The position numbers were made by a program, and so were the translations under genes. A model generated the notes under the pieces. The model had not been told where the DNA came from and did no database searches. It worked only from the letters and a program-made list of their open reading frames with translations. A stretch of 64,000 nt of DNA from a virus. Location: IMG/VR virus record IMGVR_UViG_2795385563_000001; one strand, given 5' to 3'. Positions 27,117-36,139 of this stretch are shown here, piece after piece. Each line of letters opens with the position of its first letter. Position 1 is the stretch's first letter.

Positions 27117-29896
27117 CGCTGCCCCATTTCGTTGACGTCGACGGCCAAGAAGGCCTCGATACCGTGGTACTGCGCCACAGCCTGCAGGAATGGGGGTGGT
27201 GTGGCCATCACTTCCGTGAGCTCGGCGGCTATCTCCTTGTCAGCCACGATCTCGTCATGCATCCATAGGTGCACATGGTCGGACAGTCCGCGGCGGTCCA
27301 ACTCGAGGATCGCGTAGTGCATTATGTCCAGCGCCGAACCTTGGCAGAAGTGGTTGGGCGCAATGCGTTGTGCCACATCGCTGATCAGGCGACCGCCCTC
27401 GTAGAAGCTGAATTTCTGGTCTACCACCCGACCGGTGAGTGTGGTGACGCAACCGAACGCCTGCGACTGCGCTTTGAGCGCATCGATCAGCTTGTACAGG
27501 ATCGGCAGCCCATCACGGATCGCCCACAGCACACTCTTGGCTCGCGCTTCATCCCATCCGTAACGCAGTGCCGCCGCCCTGTACCCCTGGCCATACATGT
27601 TGGCCAACATGATTCGCTTCGCGTCTTTACGGTTGGTACCGGCACGCTCGCCCACAGGCTCGTACGGGTCCTTGCCCGCGCGCATGTCCTCAATGAATTG
27701 GCGGTCCCCCGATGCTGTCGCCAAGACCACTGGTTCTATCGATTTCCAGTCAGCCGAAATCCACTCTCCTGCATCGCCGTCTGCGACGATCACGCCGCGG
27801 GCCCTCTCCGGAAACTGTTGAATCTCCGGCTTGCTCGCACTGTTGCCCGTCAGGTACGGGCCATGTTCGCCCCATGCGGTGAATGTGCCCGAATCAGTTG
27901 TCACACACCACACATCGCCTACCCCGACATCACTCACAACCATGTTGGCCAGGCTGGAGCGCCCTCGATGTAGCACGACGGCGGCCCCTGCAGGTGCGTC
28001 GAAGATCAGGGATCGCAGCCCGAGACGATATCCCGCCAGCGCGAAAGCCTCGGCGTAGCGCTTGTTGGGCGTGGGCAGCACGGTGAGACCAGCGTGACTG
28101 GCGTTTGTCGCGTAGTGGCTCGCACCCTCCAGCATGTTCCAAAGCTCATCGAGAGACTTGTCGCACACCGAGTGCAGCGCGGTGTCTCGTGGCGCATGTT
28201 CGGGTACCCAGCAGGTTTCACCTTCGGTCTGCCAGCGCTCACGCAGGCTAGTCACCCTCGCGCGCCGTGTCTCGGCTGGACCGCACAGAGCATCGGACAA
28301 CTCGCCGGTGCGTTGTCGCGCAAGCTGAACAGTGACACGCCCGATGGTGTACGCGGCGTGCTGCGGAGCGGTCATGGAGTTCCCGCCTCCGCACACCCCG
28401 GGAGTAATAGGCGGCGTGAGACGTAAGTGGTCGGACTGCCGCGCACGGTCAAGAGGCTGAACCTTGCGCTTACCGGCCGTGTTCTCGGTAACCCAACGGT
28501 GCTCGGGTGTGCAAATCAGTTCGATTCCATCATCGAGTGCGTATCGGCGAAGCGGCGCATCGCTGTATCGGTGCACCGCCCGCACCGTCGTCCAGCGCCC
28601 GTCCGCATCCAGGGTTCGATCGCCGATCCGGATCTCGTTCACAGACACGATGCCCCGGCGGGTCAGCAGCCGCTGATTCTCGGGCAGGCACATGCGGCCG
28701 GTGGCGCTGGCACCCAAGATCTTGATTTCTGGATGTAGGCGCCCTGTGGGGCCTGCATTTTCGACCACCTTCTCGACGTAACCGCGGTCTTTCTCGTTGT
28801 CGAAAACAGCACGGTGCGCCATCACCAGCGGGTTCTTCAGCGCGTCACTGATGTGCTCGCCGGTGAAGACCTCCAAGGCCTTCTTATCGGCTTTCAGGCG
28901 GCCTGTGTCGGTACGCGGCCATTGCTGGTGCAGCAGACCGCGGGCATCGAGGGTGTTGATCAGGTCAGAGGCATTGCCCGGCCGGATCCCCGCCTCGGCG
29001 AGAGTCGTTGCGGCGGCCCGCGTCTGCTCAGCAGTCTGTTCCAGGAAACGCTGGGGGAACTCTTTGTCGACCGCATATCCACGTGCCGTCCGCTCCAGCA
29101 CTATGGCGTTGACGCGCTGGATGTCCTCGACGAGTGCTTCAGCGTCAGTGGCTGTGAGAACACCATGGCCGCCGAAACCTGCTGACGGGGCCGTCAGGTA
29201 GCGCGCAGCCTTGGCCATGATGCCGTGTCCGTTAACGCCGGGGACGCCCCATAGGCGCTTTGTCGCGACGGTGTCGGACAACGCACCCACGACATAGGTC
29301 GGAGTGTCGATGTCCGTTCCCCGCCAACCGTCGTCCTTCTTCAGTCCTCGCGCGGAGAAAACTTCGGTCATCGACGTGCGATCGTCATCCATCACCTGGA
29401 ACGCGTTGGCGAGGTCTTCGAGTGTGCGGCCGGCCTTGGCGTTGGTCCCCACCATCCGCGCAGCGACCAGCGTGTCACCGAGCTTGCGGATGTGAGCTCG
29501 CGTCATGAGCCGGTGCGCGTACAGCGGCGCGATATCGAAGCTGGCACCATGAAAAATCAGCCGGTCGGCATGATCGAAGATTTGCGCGAGCATTCCCCGA
29601 TGCTCCGGACGCCGGAGCGGATCAAGCAGCAGCGCGACCATGTCCTGCCCCAGCTGGAAAGCCACGGTGACGCAAGTGATCGTGAACTTGTTGACGTCCA
29701 GACCATGCGTCTCGATGTCCACCGCGACCGCGGCTGGCGGCGTTGATCGCAGCTCGTCGATCCAGCGGGCAATCTGTGCATCGGCGGTAACTAGGTGCGC
29801 CCCCACTGTGTGGTCATAGAACTGGAACTCGACGGCGTTAACACGCGGAAGATCGACAACTGGGACGCTGGGCTCTGCGGACACACGGGCAGTCAA
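27101..29896 (-). CDS. polA: Family-A DNA polymerase (Pol I-like) with N-terminal 3'-5' exonuclease domain, interrupted by an intein
   Basis: Exo motif VDIETHGLD. Pol motif A ISADWKSIEPVVLA. Motif B RKDAKRIMLANMYGQG. Motif C WMHDEIV. A Hint-domain insertion lies between ATGRM and SASKPEIQQFP, where the uninterrupted motif is TGRLSSxDPNLQNIP. TTG start. Confidence 0.8.
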   Translation of the reverse strand: MTARVSAEPSVPVVDLPRVNAVEFQFYDHTVGAHLVTADAQIARWIDELRSTPPAAVAVDIETHGLDVNKFTITCVTVAFQLGQDMVALLLDPLRRPEHRGMLAQIFDHADRLIFHGASFDIAPLYAHRLMTRAHIRKLGDTLVAARMVGTNAKAGRTLEDLANAFQVMDDDRTSMTEVFSARGLKKDDGWRGTDIDTPTYVVGALSDTVATKRLWGVPGVNGHGIMAKAARYLTAPSAGFGGHGVLTATDAEALVEDIQRVNAIVLERTARGYAVDKEFPQRFLEQTAEQTRAAATTLAEAGIRPGNASDLINTLDARGLLHQQWPRTDTGRLKADKKALEVFTGEHISDALKNPLVMAHRAVFDNEKDRGYVEKVVENAGPTGRLHPEIKILGASATGRMCLPENQRLLTRRGIVSVNEIRIGDRTLDADGRWTTVRAVHRYSDAPLRRYALDDGIELICTPEHRWVTENTAGKRKVQPLDRARQSDHLRLTPPITPGVCGGGNSMTAPQHAAYTIGRVTVQLARQRTGELSDALCGPAETRRARVTSLRERWQTEGETCWVPEHAPRDTALHSVCDKSLDELWNMLEGASHYATNASHAGLTVLPTPNKRYAEAFALAGYRLGLRSLIFDAPAGAAVVLHRGRSSLANMVVSDVGVGDVWCVTTDSGTFTAWGEHGPYLTGNSASKPEIQQFPERARGVIVADGDAGEWISADWKSIEPVVLATASGDRQFIEDMRAGKDPYEPVGERAGTNRKDAKRIMLANMYGQGYRAAALRYGWDEARAKSVLWAIRDGLPILYKLIDALKAQSQAFGCVTTLTGRVVDQKFSFYEGGRLISDVAQRIAPNHFCQGSALDIMHYAILELDRRGLSDHVHLWMHDEIVADKEIAAELTEVMATPPPFLQAVAQYHGIEAFLAVDVNEMGQRWMTV
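27842..28690 (-). mobile_element. Intein (about 283 aa) within polA, with degenerate endonuclease-like middle region
   Basis: Starts CLPENQRLLTRRGIVSVNEIRIGDRTLDADGRW (intein block A). Ends ...GEHGPYLTGN followed by Ser. Coordinates are approximate by a few nt. Confidence 0.65.
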
Positions 29897-30142
29897 ACAC
29901 CCGCTGCCGACAGTCTTTCTTGCATGTTGCCGACACGCCGATCGATGGCATCAAATCCGGCATCCGACTCGCACACTTGCAGGATCACCCAGTTTCAATT
30001 TCCTCGCCAACTCATTTTCGGCCGGCCGCTTCACCGCCCTTCTGCGCATTTTCGTTGGTGCTTTGTGCGCGCTGATTCATGGTGCGATCGTTTCGGTGCA
30101 CACGGTATCTCGCCGCTCTGACCTGCATAAATGGTCAACACG

Positions 30143-30434
30143 GCGTGCACTTCTCGGGTTACCTGCGGTTTTACGTTGGGGCCTCGTAAGTGGGGGGTGC
30201 CTCGGAGGGGCTCCGGATATACAAAATTGCCCACAGAGTGCATATTTCAATAAACCCCAGGTAGATATATGTAATTAGTTTAGCTAACAATTTGTTTTAC
30301 CCGTTACACGAGGCTATAGCCGATCTGTTCAAGTCCAGCGGCGTTGGTATATGTGCACGCGGTGGGGGTCTCCGAGGCACCCCCCACTTACGAGGCCCCA
30401 ACGCAAACCTGCAGGTAACCGCAGAAGTGCACGC
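30143..30434. repeat. Large imperfect inverted repeat (two arms of about 65 bp, about 88% identical) flanking a 162-bp spacer with an AT-rich core
   Basis: Left arm 30143-30207: GCGTGCACTTCTCGGGTTACCTGCGGTTTTACGTTGGGGCCTCGTAAGTGGGGGGTGCCTCGGAG. Right arm 30370-30434 is its reverse complement with a few mismatches. The core at 30225-30300 is about 35% GC and contains the TTAGCTAA palindrome. Confidence 0.8.
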
Positions 30435-30933
30435 AAAGTTGACAGAAACAGCAGGTCAGAGCGGCCAGATGTGGGGCGAGGCGAAACGATCGCACCAGAG
30501 AACGTGAAAGCGCAACGGCGTGTCATCGATTGATCACAGCGGAGGCGGCCGCCGTAGCTGGCAGCCGCCTCGGGCCCGTTGAATGGGCATTTGGAGCGCC
30601 CAAGCAGTAAATACCGCCTCCACCTGGCCATTGGGGACGTGACATGCAACATGTGGCACCTGTTGCCGGTTCCCAGACGGGTAGCGGCGACAGGTGCGTC
30701 ATCGCATTACCCCAGCTAGAGGGTCAATTCCTCACGACTTGTCGGACCTCAGGCGTACAACGACACACGCAAAACAAGCAATGTGTTGCACGTGCATCAC
30801 AACCGGCATTACGCTCACCAAGACGACGGCAGTTGCCGGTGTTGGAAACGTGGATGATTCGTAAATTCGACTCCCCGTTTCCGGTGCCGAACGACCTCGC
30901 CACTCGGACCGACCACTTCGAGGAGACCCGCCC

Positions 30934-31380
30934 ATGACCGCTGCACCACCTCTAGTTCCCTCCACAGCGCCTTTGCACGGTGTTGCTCCCACAAGCCCGA
31001 TCGCGCCGCAGACAACCCCGGGGAACGCCACATCCACGCTGTCGACTCCGGAGATCGTGGCGTTCATCGAGGCTTCGGCCGACCCAGCGGCCGAACTCGC
31101 ACACCTGGTTCTTCAGGTGTCGATGCGAGCGGCCAGTGCCGCGCGCCAGGGCCAGATCCTCAGCTCGGTGAAGAGCAAGTGCGAAAGGACTCTCAAAGCG
31201 GTCCGCACCACGCTGCTAACCGCTGTGACGAACTCTCCCGGCGTCTACGACGGCTTCACCGTCACCTCGAAGTCGGGGGCCCGCTCACTCAATTACGACC
31301 ACCTCCACGAGCGCTACCCCGATGTGTACGCCGAGCTGGTGACGGTTGGCGCCGCGTCGTTGTCCGTCAGTTACACCTAG
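30934..31380 (+). CDS. Hypothetical protein
   Basis: 148 aa. First gene of the plus-strand block after the intergenic region. Confidence 0.4.
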   Translation: MTAAPPLVPSTAPLHGVAPTSPIAPQTTPGNATSTLSTPEIVAFIEASADPAAELAHLVLQVSMRAASAARQGQILSSVKSKCERTLKAVRTTLLTAVTNSPGVYDGFTVTSKSGARSLNYDHLHERYPDVYAELVTVGAASLSVSYT

Positions 31381-31437
31381 CCGTTTTCACACTCCCCGAA
31401 CGACCGACCCACTCAAATTCACAAAGGAGATCCACCC

Positions 31438-32568
31438 ATGTCCGCTCCCGTTCCCGCCCCCGCTCTCAGCGACGTCACCCATCCGCCGGCAGCAGCGGCA
31501 GCACCGGCTGTTGTCGTTCCCACGGTGACACAGATCGCACCCGTCGCTACGTCAACAGCCCCCACCGCACCCGGTGCACCCGCGGTTGCACCCGTTGCAC
31601 CCGTTGCGCCGGCCGCACCGCTGACCGCGGTGGCACCGGTTGTCCCTGCACCAGCCGCGGATGCCCCGGTTACCGCCTCCGAGCCTGTTCCAGTTCCCTC
31701 CCCAGCTGCGCCCGCGGTGACCTCGATGACCGTGGCTACAGCTGCGCCCGCGCCATCCACTTCGCCCATCGCGGGGATCGCACCGACCACACCGCCTCCG
31801 GTTGCGCCACCTGTGGCACCGCCCGTGGCGTCGGTTTCTGCCGTTGCGCCAGTCGCCCAGCTCGCAGCTGCCCCCACAGCTCCGGCTCCCGAACCTGTCT
31901 ACGCCCAGGGCGATGTCGTGGGCGCAGTAGCGGTGGCCCCGGTGGTCGCGCCCATTGTCGCGGCACCGGTCGCTGATCAAGCAGAGGCACAACCTGTCTC
32001 GGTTCCGGTATCGGCCAGCGTTCAGGCATTCGCCGCCAAACACAACATCGACCTAGCCACCGTGACGGGTACCGGAAGTCGTGGGCGTATCACCCGCAAG
32101 GACCTCGAAGCCATGGTGGCGGCTACCGTGGCCCTGGCCCCAGTGACACCCGCCGCGGTCGCCGCCGAAATCCCTGCGGCACCGGTGATCGACGCAGCTG
32201 CACCCCTCGTTGGGCCGCCGCCGGCCCCCGGCGTGTTCGGCGCACCTGACACCGGTGCTGCGGGTACACCGGTCGAGCATGCTGACACCGCCTCGATCAC
32301 AGCGCCGGTCGTGAGCGTGCCCGCTCCGGTTCCTGCAGCCCCGGCGGTTTCCGCGCCCGTCCAGCCAGTTAGCGACGGACTCAAGATCCGGGTACCGATC
32401 GACCTCAACGGCGGCCACAAGTTCGCGTTCGACGCCGAAACTGATCTGGCCGCATTGGCTCAGCGGGCTCTGCCTGCGCTCACGGTGCTCTCCGCGTTCA
32501 TCGAACTCACGGCCGAGGGCCCCGGACTCATTGCCACTGTGTCAGCGACGGCGGCGGTCAGTCTGTGA
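31438..32568 (+). CDS. Ala/Pro/Val-rich protein with a peripheral-subunit-binding (E3-binding) domain
   Basis: AFAAKHNIDLATVTGTGSRGRITRKDLEAMV matches the PSBD of 2-oxoacid dehydrogenase E2. It is flanked by (AP/VAP)n linkers. No lipoyl or catalytic domain. Confidence 0.5.
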   Translation: MSAPVPAPALSDVTHPPAAAAAPAVVVPTVTQIAPVATSTAPTAPGAPAVAPVAPVAPAAPLTAVAPVVPAPAADAPVTASEPVPVPSPAAPAVTSMTVATAAPAPSTSPIAGIAPTTPPPVAPPVAPPVASVSAVAPVAQLAAAPTAPAPEPVYAQGDVVGAVAVAPVVAPIVAAPVADQAEAQPVSVPVSASVQAFAAKHNIDLATVTGTGSRGRITRKDLEAMVAATVALAPVTPAAVAAEIPAAPVIDAAAPLVGPPPAPGVFGAPDTGAAGTPVEHADTASITAPVVSVPAPVPAAPAVSAPVQPVSDGLKIRVPIDLNGGHKFAFDAETDLAALAQRALPALTVLSAFIELTAEGPGLIATVSATAAVSL

Positions 32569-33362
32569 CCGCCGCACCCTCGGACATGCTCGACGGTGCA
32601 CTGCCCGCGGCCGATACGCCCAATGTGCAGCCGATTGCGTTGCCGCGACCGGTGACTGCCCGTAGCGACGGCTTGATCCCGGTACGGGTCACTCCCCTTG
32701 TTGCACGTGACTCAGGTGAAACGGAGCCTGCCTCAGAGGCGGTCACCGAGACCGTCATGGACATGCAGCTGATCGTGGACTACACCAACGCACTGGCCAG
32801 ACGAACAGCCGCGAACGTCCTGGCGGACAACGTCGTTACGGTAGAACCTGCGCACGAGCACCCCAGACACGGCGCCACCTGCCTGCGCTGTGCCGTACTC
32901 GGGTCTTCGCGCAACGTGACCATGGGAACCACACTGCTGGAGATCCTGGCGCGCACCAATGCCGATGAGGATTGGAACTGCAGCCCGGAGTGCACGGACA
33001 CCAAAATCGCCTCGCGTCTGCGGCGGTTGGTGGTTAGTGCCTCATCGTTGCAAGACATCTACGGACCGTACTGGGGCCCGGTGATGCTGACCTGCTTGCG
33101 CATCGAGGCAGCAGACTTCGCGCTTCTACATCACCTGACCAAGAAATTCCAGCGCACCAGGCTCCTGGAGGTGAACACCCGCGAGACGCTCGCGGCGTAT
33201 CACCTGGCGACGGTGACCTGCCCATCCACCAGCGCAGTACGCGGGCCGGTGACACCGATGCTTCGCGGCGCGGTAGCCGTTCGCCTGGCAGTCGCCACGG
33301 GGATGGTCGCTATCGGCAAGTCACCTTCCTGGCTCGACCACCTGCCCGCCCCGGTGCTGTGA
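32565..33362 (+). CDS. Hypothetical protein
   Basis: 265 aa, ATGA-coupled to the previous gene. Confidence 0.4.
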   Translation: MTAAPSDMLDGALPAADTPNVQPIALPRPVTARSDGLIPVRVTPLVARDSGETEPASEAVTETVMDMQLIVDYTNALARRTAANVLADNVVTVEPAHEHPRHGATCLRCAVLGSSRNVTMGTTLLEILARTNADEDWNCSPECTDTKIASRLRRLVVSASSLQDIYGPYWGPVMLTCLRIEAADFALLHHLTKKFQRTRLLEVNTRETLAAYHLATVTCPSTSAVRGPVTPMLRGAVAVRLAVATGMVAIGKSPSWLDHLPAPVL

Positions 33363-34129
33363 ACGCTCACGCACAGCCGACCGACACGGTGCTACCAACC
33401 CCTGACGGATTCCGTCGGGTAGGCGAACTCTCCCCAGGCCACCATGTGTTTGATTCCAACGGCAGTCCGGCAGCAGTGTTGGCCGTCAACGACATTGGCA
33501 TGACAGCTCTGGTTCGCTTGCATTTCGACGACGGTGCCAAAGCCGACGTCACGGCCCAAGGCCTATGGCACGCACGTGACGAAGCCACCGGTGTCGGCGG
33601 CCTGTACCGCACCGCCGATATCGTGGCCAACCTGCAGCTTCCTGGAGGCGCTCCGCGGTGGACTGTCCCCACGGCGTCCGCTGTTGAATTTCCAGGCGCC
33701 TCTGAATTGCCGATCGATCCTCAAACGTTCGGGTCCGAGCTGCGACGCGGCGAAGCCACCGCCCCTGCGCTTCTTTCGCGGTACCTGACTGCGGACGTCT
33801 CACAGCGGCGCGAGACGCTCGCCGGTGTTATGGGTTCGCGGTCCAGCATCGGGGCGTCGGCTCCCTCCCTGGCGCTGGCCGCCGCCGGCTCACTCATCCG
33901 ATCATTGGGCGGTCTGCCGACATGGGTTCGGCATGGAGTCGGATACAGCCTTGTGCCGTTATGGGGGCGCGACGGCGAGTTGCGCCGAGAGATCGTTTCC
34001 GCAGAACACATTGCTGACCAGCCGTGCCATCAAGTCACTGTGTCCACTACTGACGGCCTGTACCTCACCGGTGGTGACTTCGTACTCACCCTCAGCGCCG
34101 CGCTGGCCGAACAGCGGGGTGCTGCGTGA
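33359..34129 (+). CDS. Hypothetical protein
   Basis: 256 aa, coupled to its neighbours. Confidence 0.4.
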   Translation: MNAHAQPTDTVLPTPDGFRRVGELSPGHHVFDSNGSPAAVLAVNDIGMTALVRLHFDDGAKADVTAQGLWHARDEATGVGGLYRTADIVANLQLPGGAPRWTVPTASAVEFPGASELPIDPQTFGSELRRGEATAPALLSRYLTADVSQRRETLAGVMGSRSSIGASAPSLALAAAGSLIRSLGGLPTWVRHGVGYSLVPLWGRDGELRREIVSAEHIADQPCHQVTVSTTDGLYLTGGDFVLTLSAALAEQRGAA

Positions 34130-36102
34130 CGGTTACCGACCTGGCGCCCGCGTCCGCTCCGGAGCAGATGGCTTTCCCGGTTGCCGCCGCGGTCAGCAAC
34201 GAGCCACGTCAGCTGCGCGGGTACCAGATCCAAGCCGCCGATGCAGTCTGCGATGCCTATAACCGTGGTGTCACGGGACCGGCGGTCGTATTGCCCACGG
34301 GCACTGGGAAGTCCAGCGTAATTGCCGAATTGGCACGCAGAGAGGTGACTGTCGGCGGTCGCGTGCTGCTGATGGCCCATCGCGACGAACTGATCAAGCA
34401 GATGGCCCAAGCCGTCACAGCGGTGAATCCGGCTGGTCCCCTCCCCTCCCTCATCGGTGGAGGGAATCGTGATGACCCAACCGCTCAGATCGTCTCGGCC
34501 ACAGTGCAATCACTGCAGACTGAGGCGGCACTAGCCAGAATCGGGCACCGCGACATCGTCATCGTCGACGAGGCCCACCACGCGCCTGCCCGGACCTACC
34601 GCAAGGTGCTCGACCATTTCACTGCTCTGGGCGCGCGCCGGGCCGGATTCACCGCGACGATGATCCGCCACGCACCCAATAAGAATGAGCCTGCGTTGCG
34701 GACCATTTGGGAAGAGGTGGTCTTCGAACGCGACATCCCCTGGGCGATTGAGAACGGCTTCTTGATAGCGCCAGTTGGGGTGACCGTCGAGCTTCCCGAG
34801 CTCGACGTATCCGCGTTGAAGGCCGGCAGCGGCGGCGACATCTCCGATGAGGTCGCCGAAGAGGCGATGATGCGCGAAACGACCCTGAACGCCACCGTCG
34901 AGGCGGTTCTGACTCGCACCGAGGGCCGCTCGTCCATCGTCTTTGGGGCCTCCCTGTTGCACTGTGAGCAGCTTGCAAAATCGCTCGTCGAACAAGGTGT
35001 GTCAGCTGAGGTAGTCGTCGGTGACACCAAAACCAAAGTGCGCAACGGCATCTACAACCGATTCCGCCACGGGACCACTCAGGTCTTGGTGACCGTCGAT
35101 GTACTCACCGAAGGCGCCGACTTCCCCCGCTGCGAAGCGGTCGTGCTGGCCAGGCCGACGCGTAGCCAGTCCCGGCTCGTCCAGTGCGTTGGGCGTGCCC
35201 TGCGGCCGCACACTTTCGAGGACGGGACGGTCAAAGACACCGCACTTGTCGTCGATCTCGTGGGCGCCGGGTCCCTGGGCCTGATGGTCAAGACCCGCCT
35301 GGACCCCGAGCACCGCGACAAGACTGATGAGGACGAAGAAGGGTTCGGTTGCTACTGCCAGCAGCCGTGCACAAGTGACGAATGCGACTTCTCCTGCACC
35401 GGAATAGGTTGCGAATGCAACTGCACGTGTGCGAGCGAGCCGTCTGAGTCAGGCCCGGCCAGCGATCCGGCGTCCAGTGTTCCCTGCACCTGTGCGTGCT
35501 CGCTGGCATTCGGGCTGTGCCGCTGCGGATGCGAGTGCGACCTGCACCGCATCGATCCGCTGCGCACCTTCGATCCGGTCACCGGAGAGATGACAGCGGC
35601 GGGGAAACAGCGACGGGGCGATTCGAGCTGGTCTCAGCGCACCTCCACCATCCGGTGGGTCCGCCACTCCCGCGGGATGGTCCGGACGGTCTACCGGTCC
35701 AACGGACACAAGGGCGTATTGCTGCTTGCCGACATGCGCGGTGTAGCCGGGACTGTGGCCGGACGGGATTGGGCCTTCGGATTCTTGGACAACTCGGTGC
35801 ACCGGATGTACTGGGTAGGCATCGACGGGCAGTGGACCGAACCCGGCCCGCGGTGCCATCTGCAAGGGCTGACCTTGTTCGAGGCAGACGCGCTGGCCCA
35901 GAGCATCTTTGCCGACCACATGCGCGACTCAACGCGTTCTGAACCCTCGACTGCGCAGGTCGATTTCGCCGCGCAGTTGGGAGTACCCGACGCCGGCGCG
36001 CTTGACCGCCGCGACCTGAGCGACATGATCGCGCTCGCTCAAGCCGAGTACTGGCTTCCCACATTCACACGCCCCGAAAGCGCCGTGGGAACCGCAGCCT
36101 GA
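34126..36102 (+). CDS. SF2 DEAD/DEAH-box helicase with Cys-rich insert and C-terminal domain
   Basis: Motif I LPTGTGKS. Motif II VDEAHH. Motif VI QCVGRALR. Then GFGCYCQQPCTSDECDFSCTGIGCECNCTCAS...CTCACSLAFGLCRCGCECD (about 25 Cys in 90 aa). Confidence 0.7.
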   Translation: MTVTDLAPASAPEQMAFPVAAAVSNEPRQLRGYQIQAADAVCDAYNRGVTGPAVVLPTGTGKSSVIAELARREVTVGGRVLLMAHRDELIKQMAQAVTAVNPAGPLPSLIGGGNRDDPTAQIVSATVQSLQTEAALARIGHRDIVIVDEAHHAPARTYRKVLDHFTALGARRAGFTATMIRHAPNKNEPALRTIWEEVVFERDIPWAIENGFLIAPVGVTVELPELDVSALKAGSGGDISDEVAEEAMMRETTLNATVEAVLTRTEGRSSIVFGASLLHCEQLAKSLVEQGVSAEVVVGDTKTKVRNGIYNRFRHGTTQVLVTVDVLTEGADFPRCEAVVLARPTRSQSRLVQCVGRALRPHTFEDGTVKDTALVVDLVGAGSLGLMVKTRLDPEHRDKTDEDEEGFGCYCQQPCTSDECDFSCTGIGCECNCTCASEPSESGPASDPASSVPCTCACSLAFGLCRCGCECDLHRIDPLRTFDPVTGEMTAAGKQRRGDSSWSQRTSTIRWVRHSRGMVRTVYRSNGHKGVLLLADMRGVAGTVAGRDWAFGFLDNSVHRMYWVGIDGQWTEPGPRCHLQGLTLFEADALAQSIFADHMRDSTRSEPSTAQVDFAAQLGVPDAGALDRRDLSDMIALAQAEYWLPTFTRPESAVGTAA

Positions 36103-36139
36103 CTGACCGGCCACGAACACCAGAAGGAGGAAATGACTG

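Noticed and set aside
30292-30652. Short ORFs on both strands (71, 107, 60 aa) across the inverted-repeat region
   Set aside because: They are mirror images generated by the palindromic arms, with translations nearly identical in both directions. No RBS. They span the AT-rich core.
31179-32043. 265-aa plus ORF and 150-160-aa minus ORFs overlapping the 148-aa and PSBD genes
   Set aside because: Arg/Cys/Gly-rich artefacts of the GC-rich Ala/Pro-coding repeats.
34531-36064. Several minus-strand ORFs (151-161 aa) within the helicase gene
   Set aside because: Antisense to a gene with helicase motifs I, II and VI.
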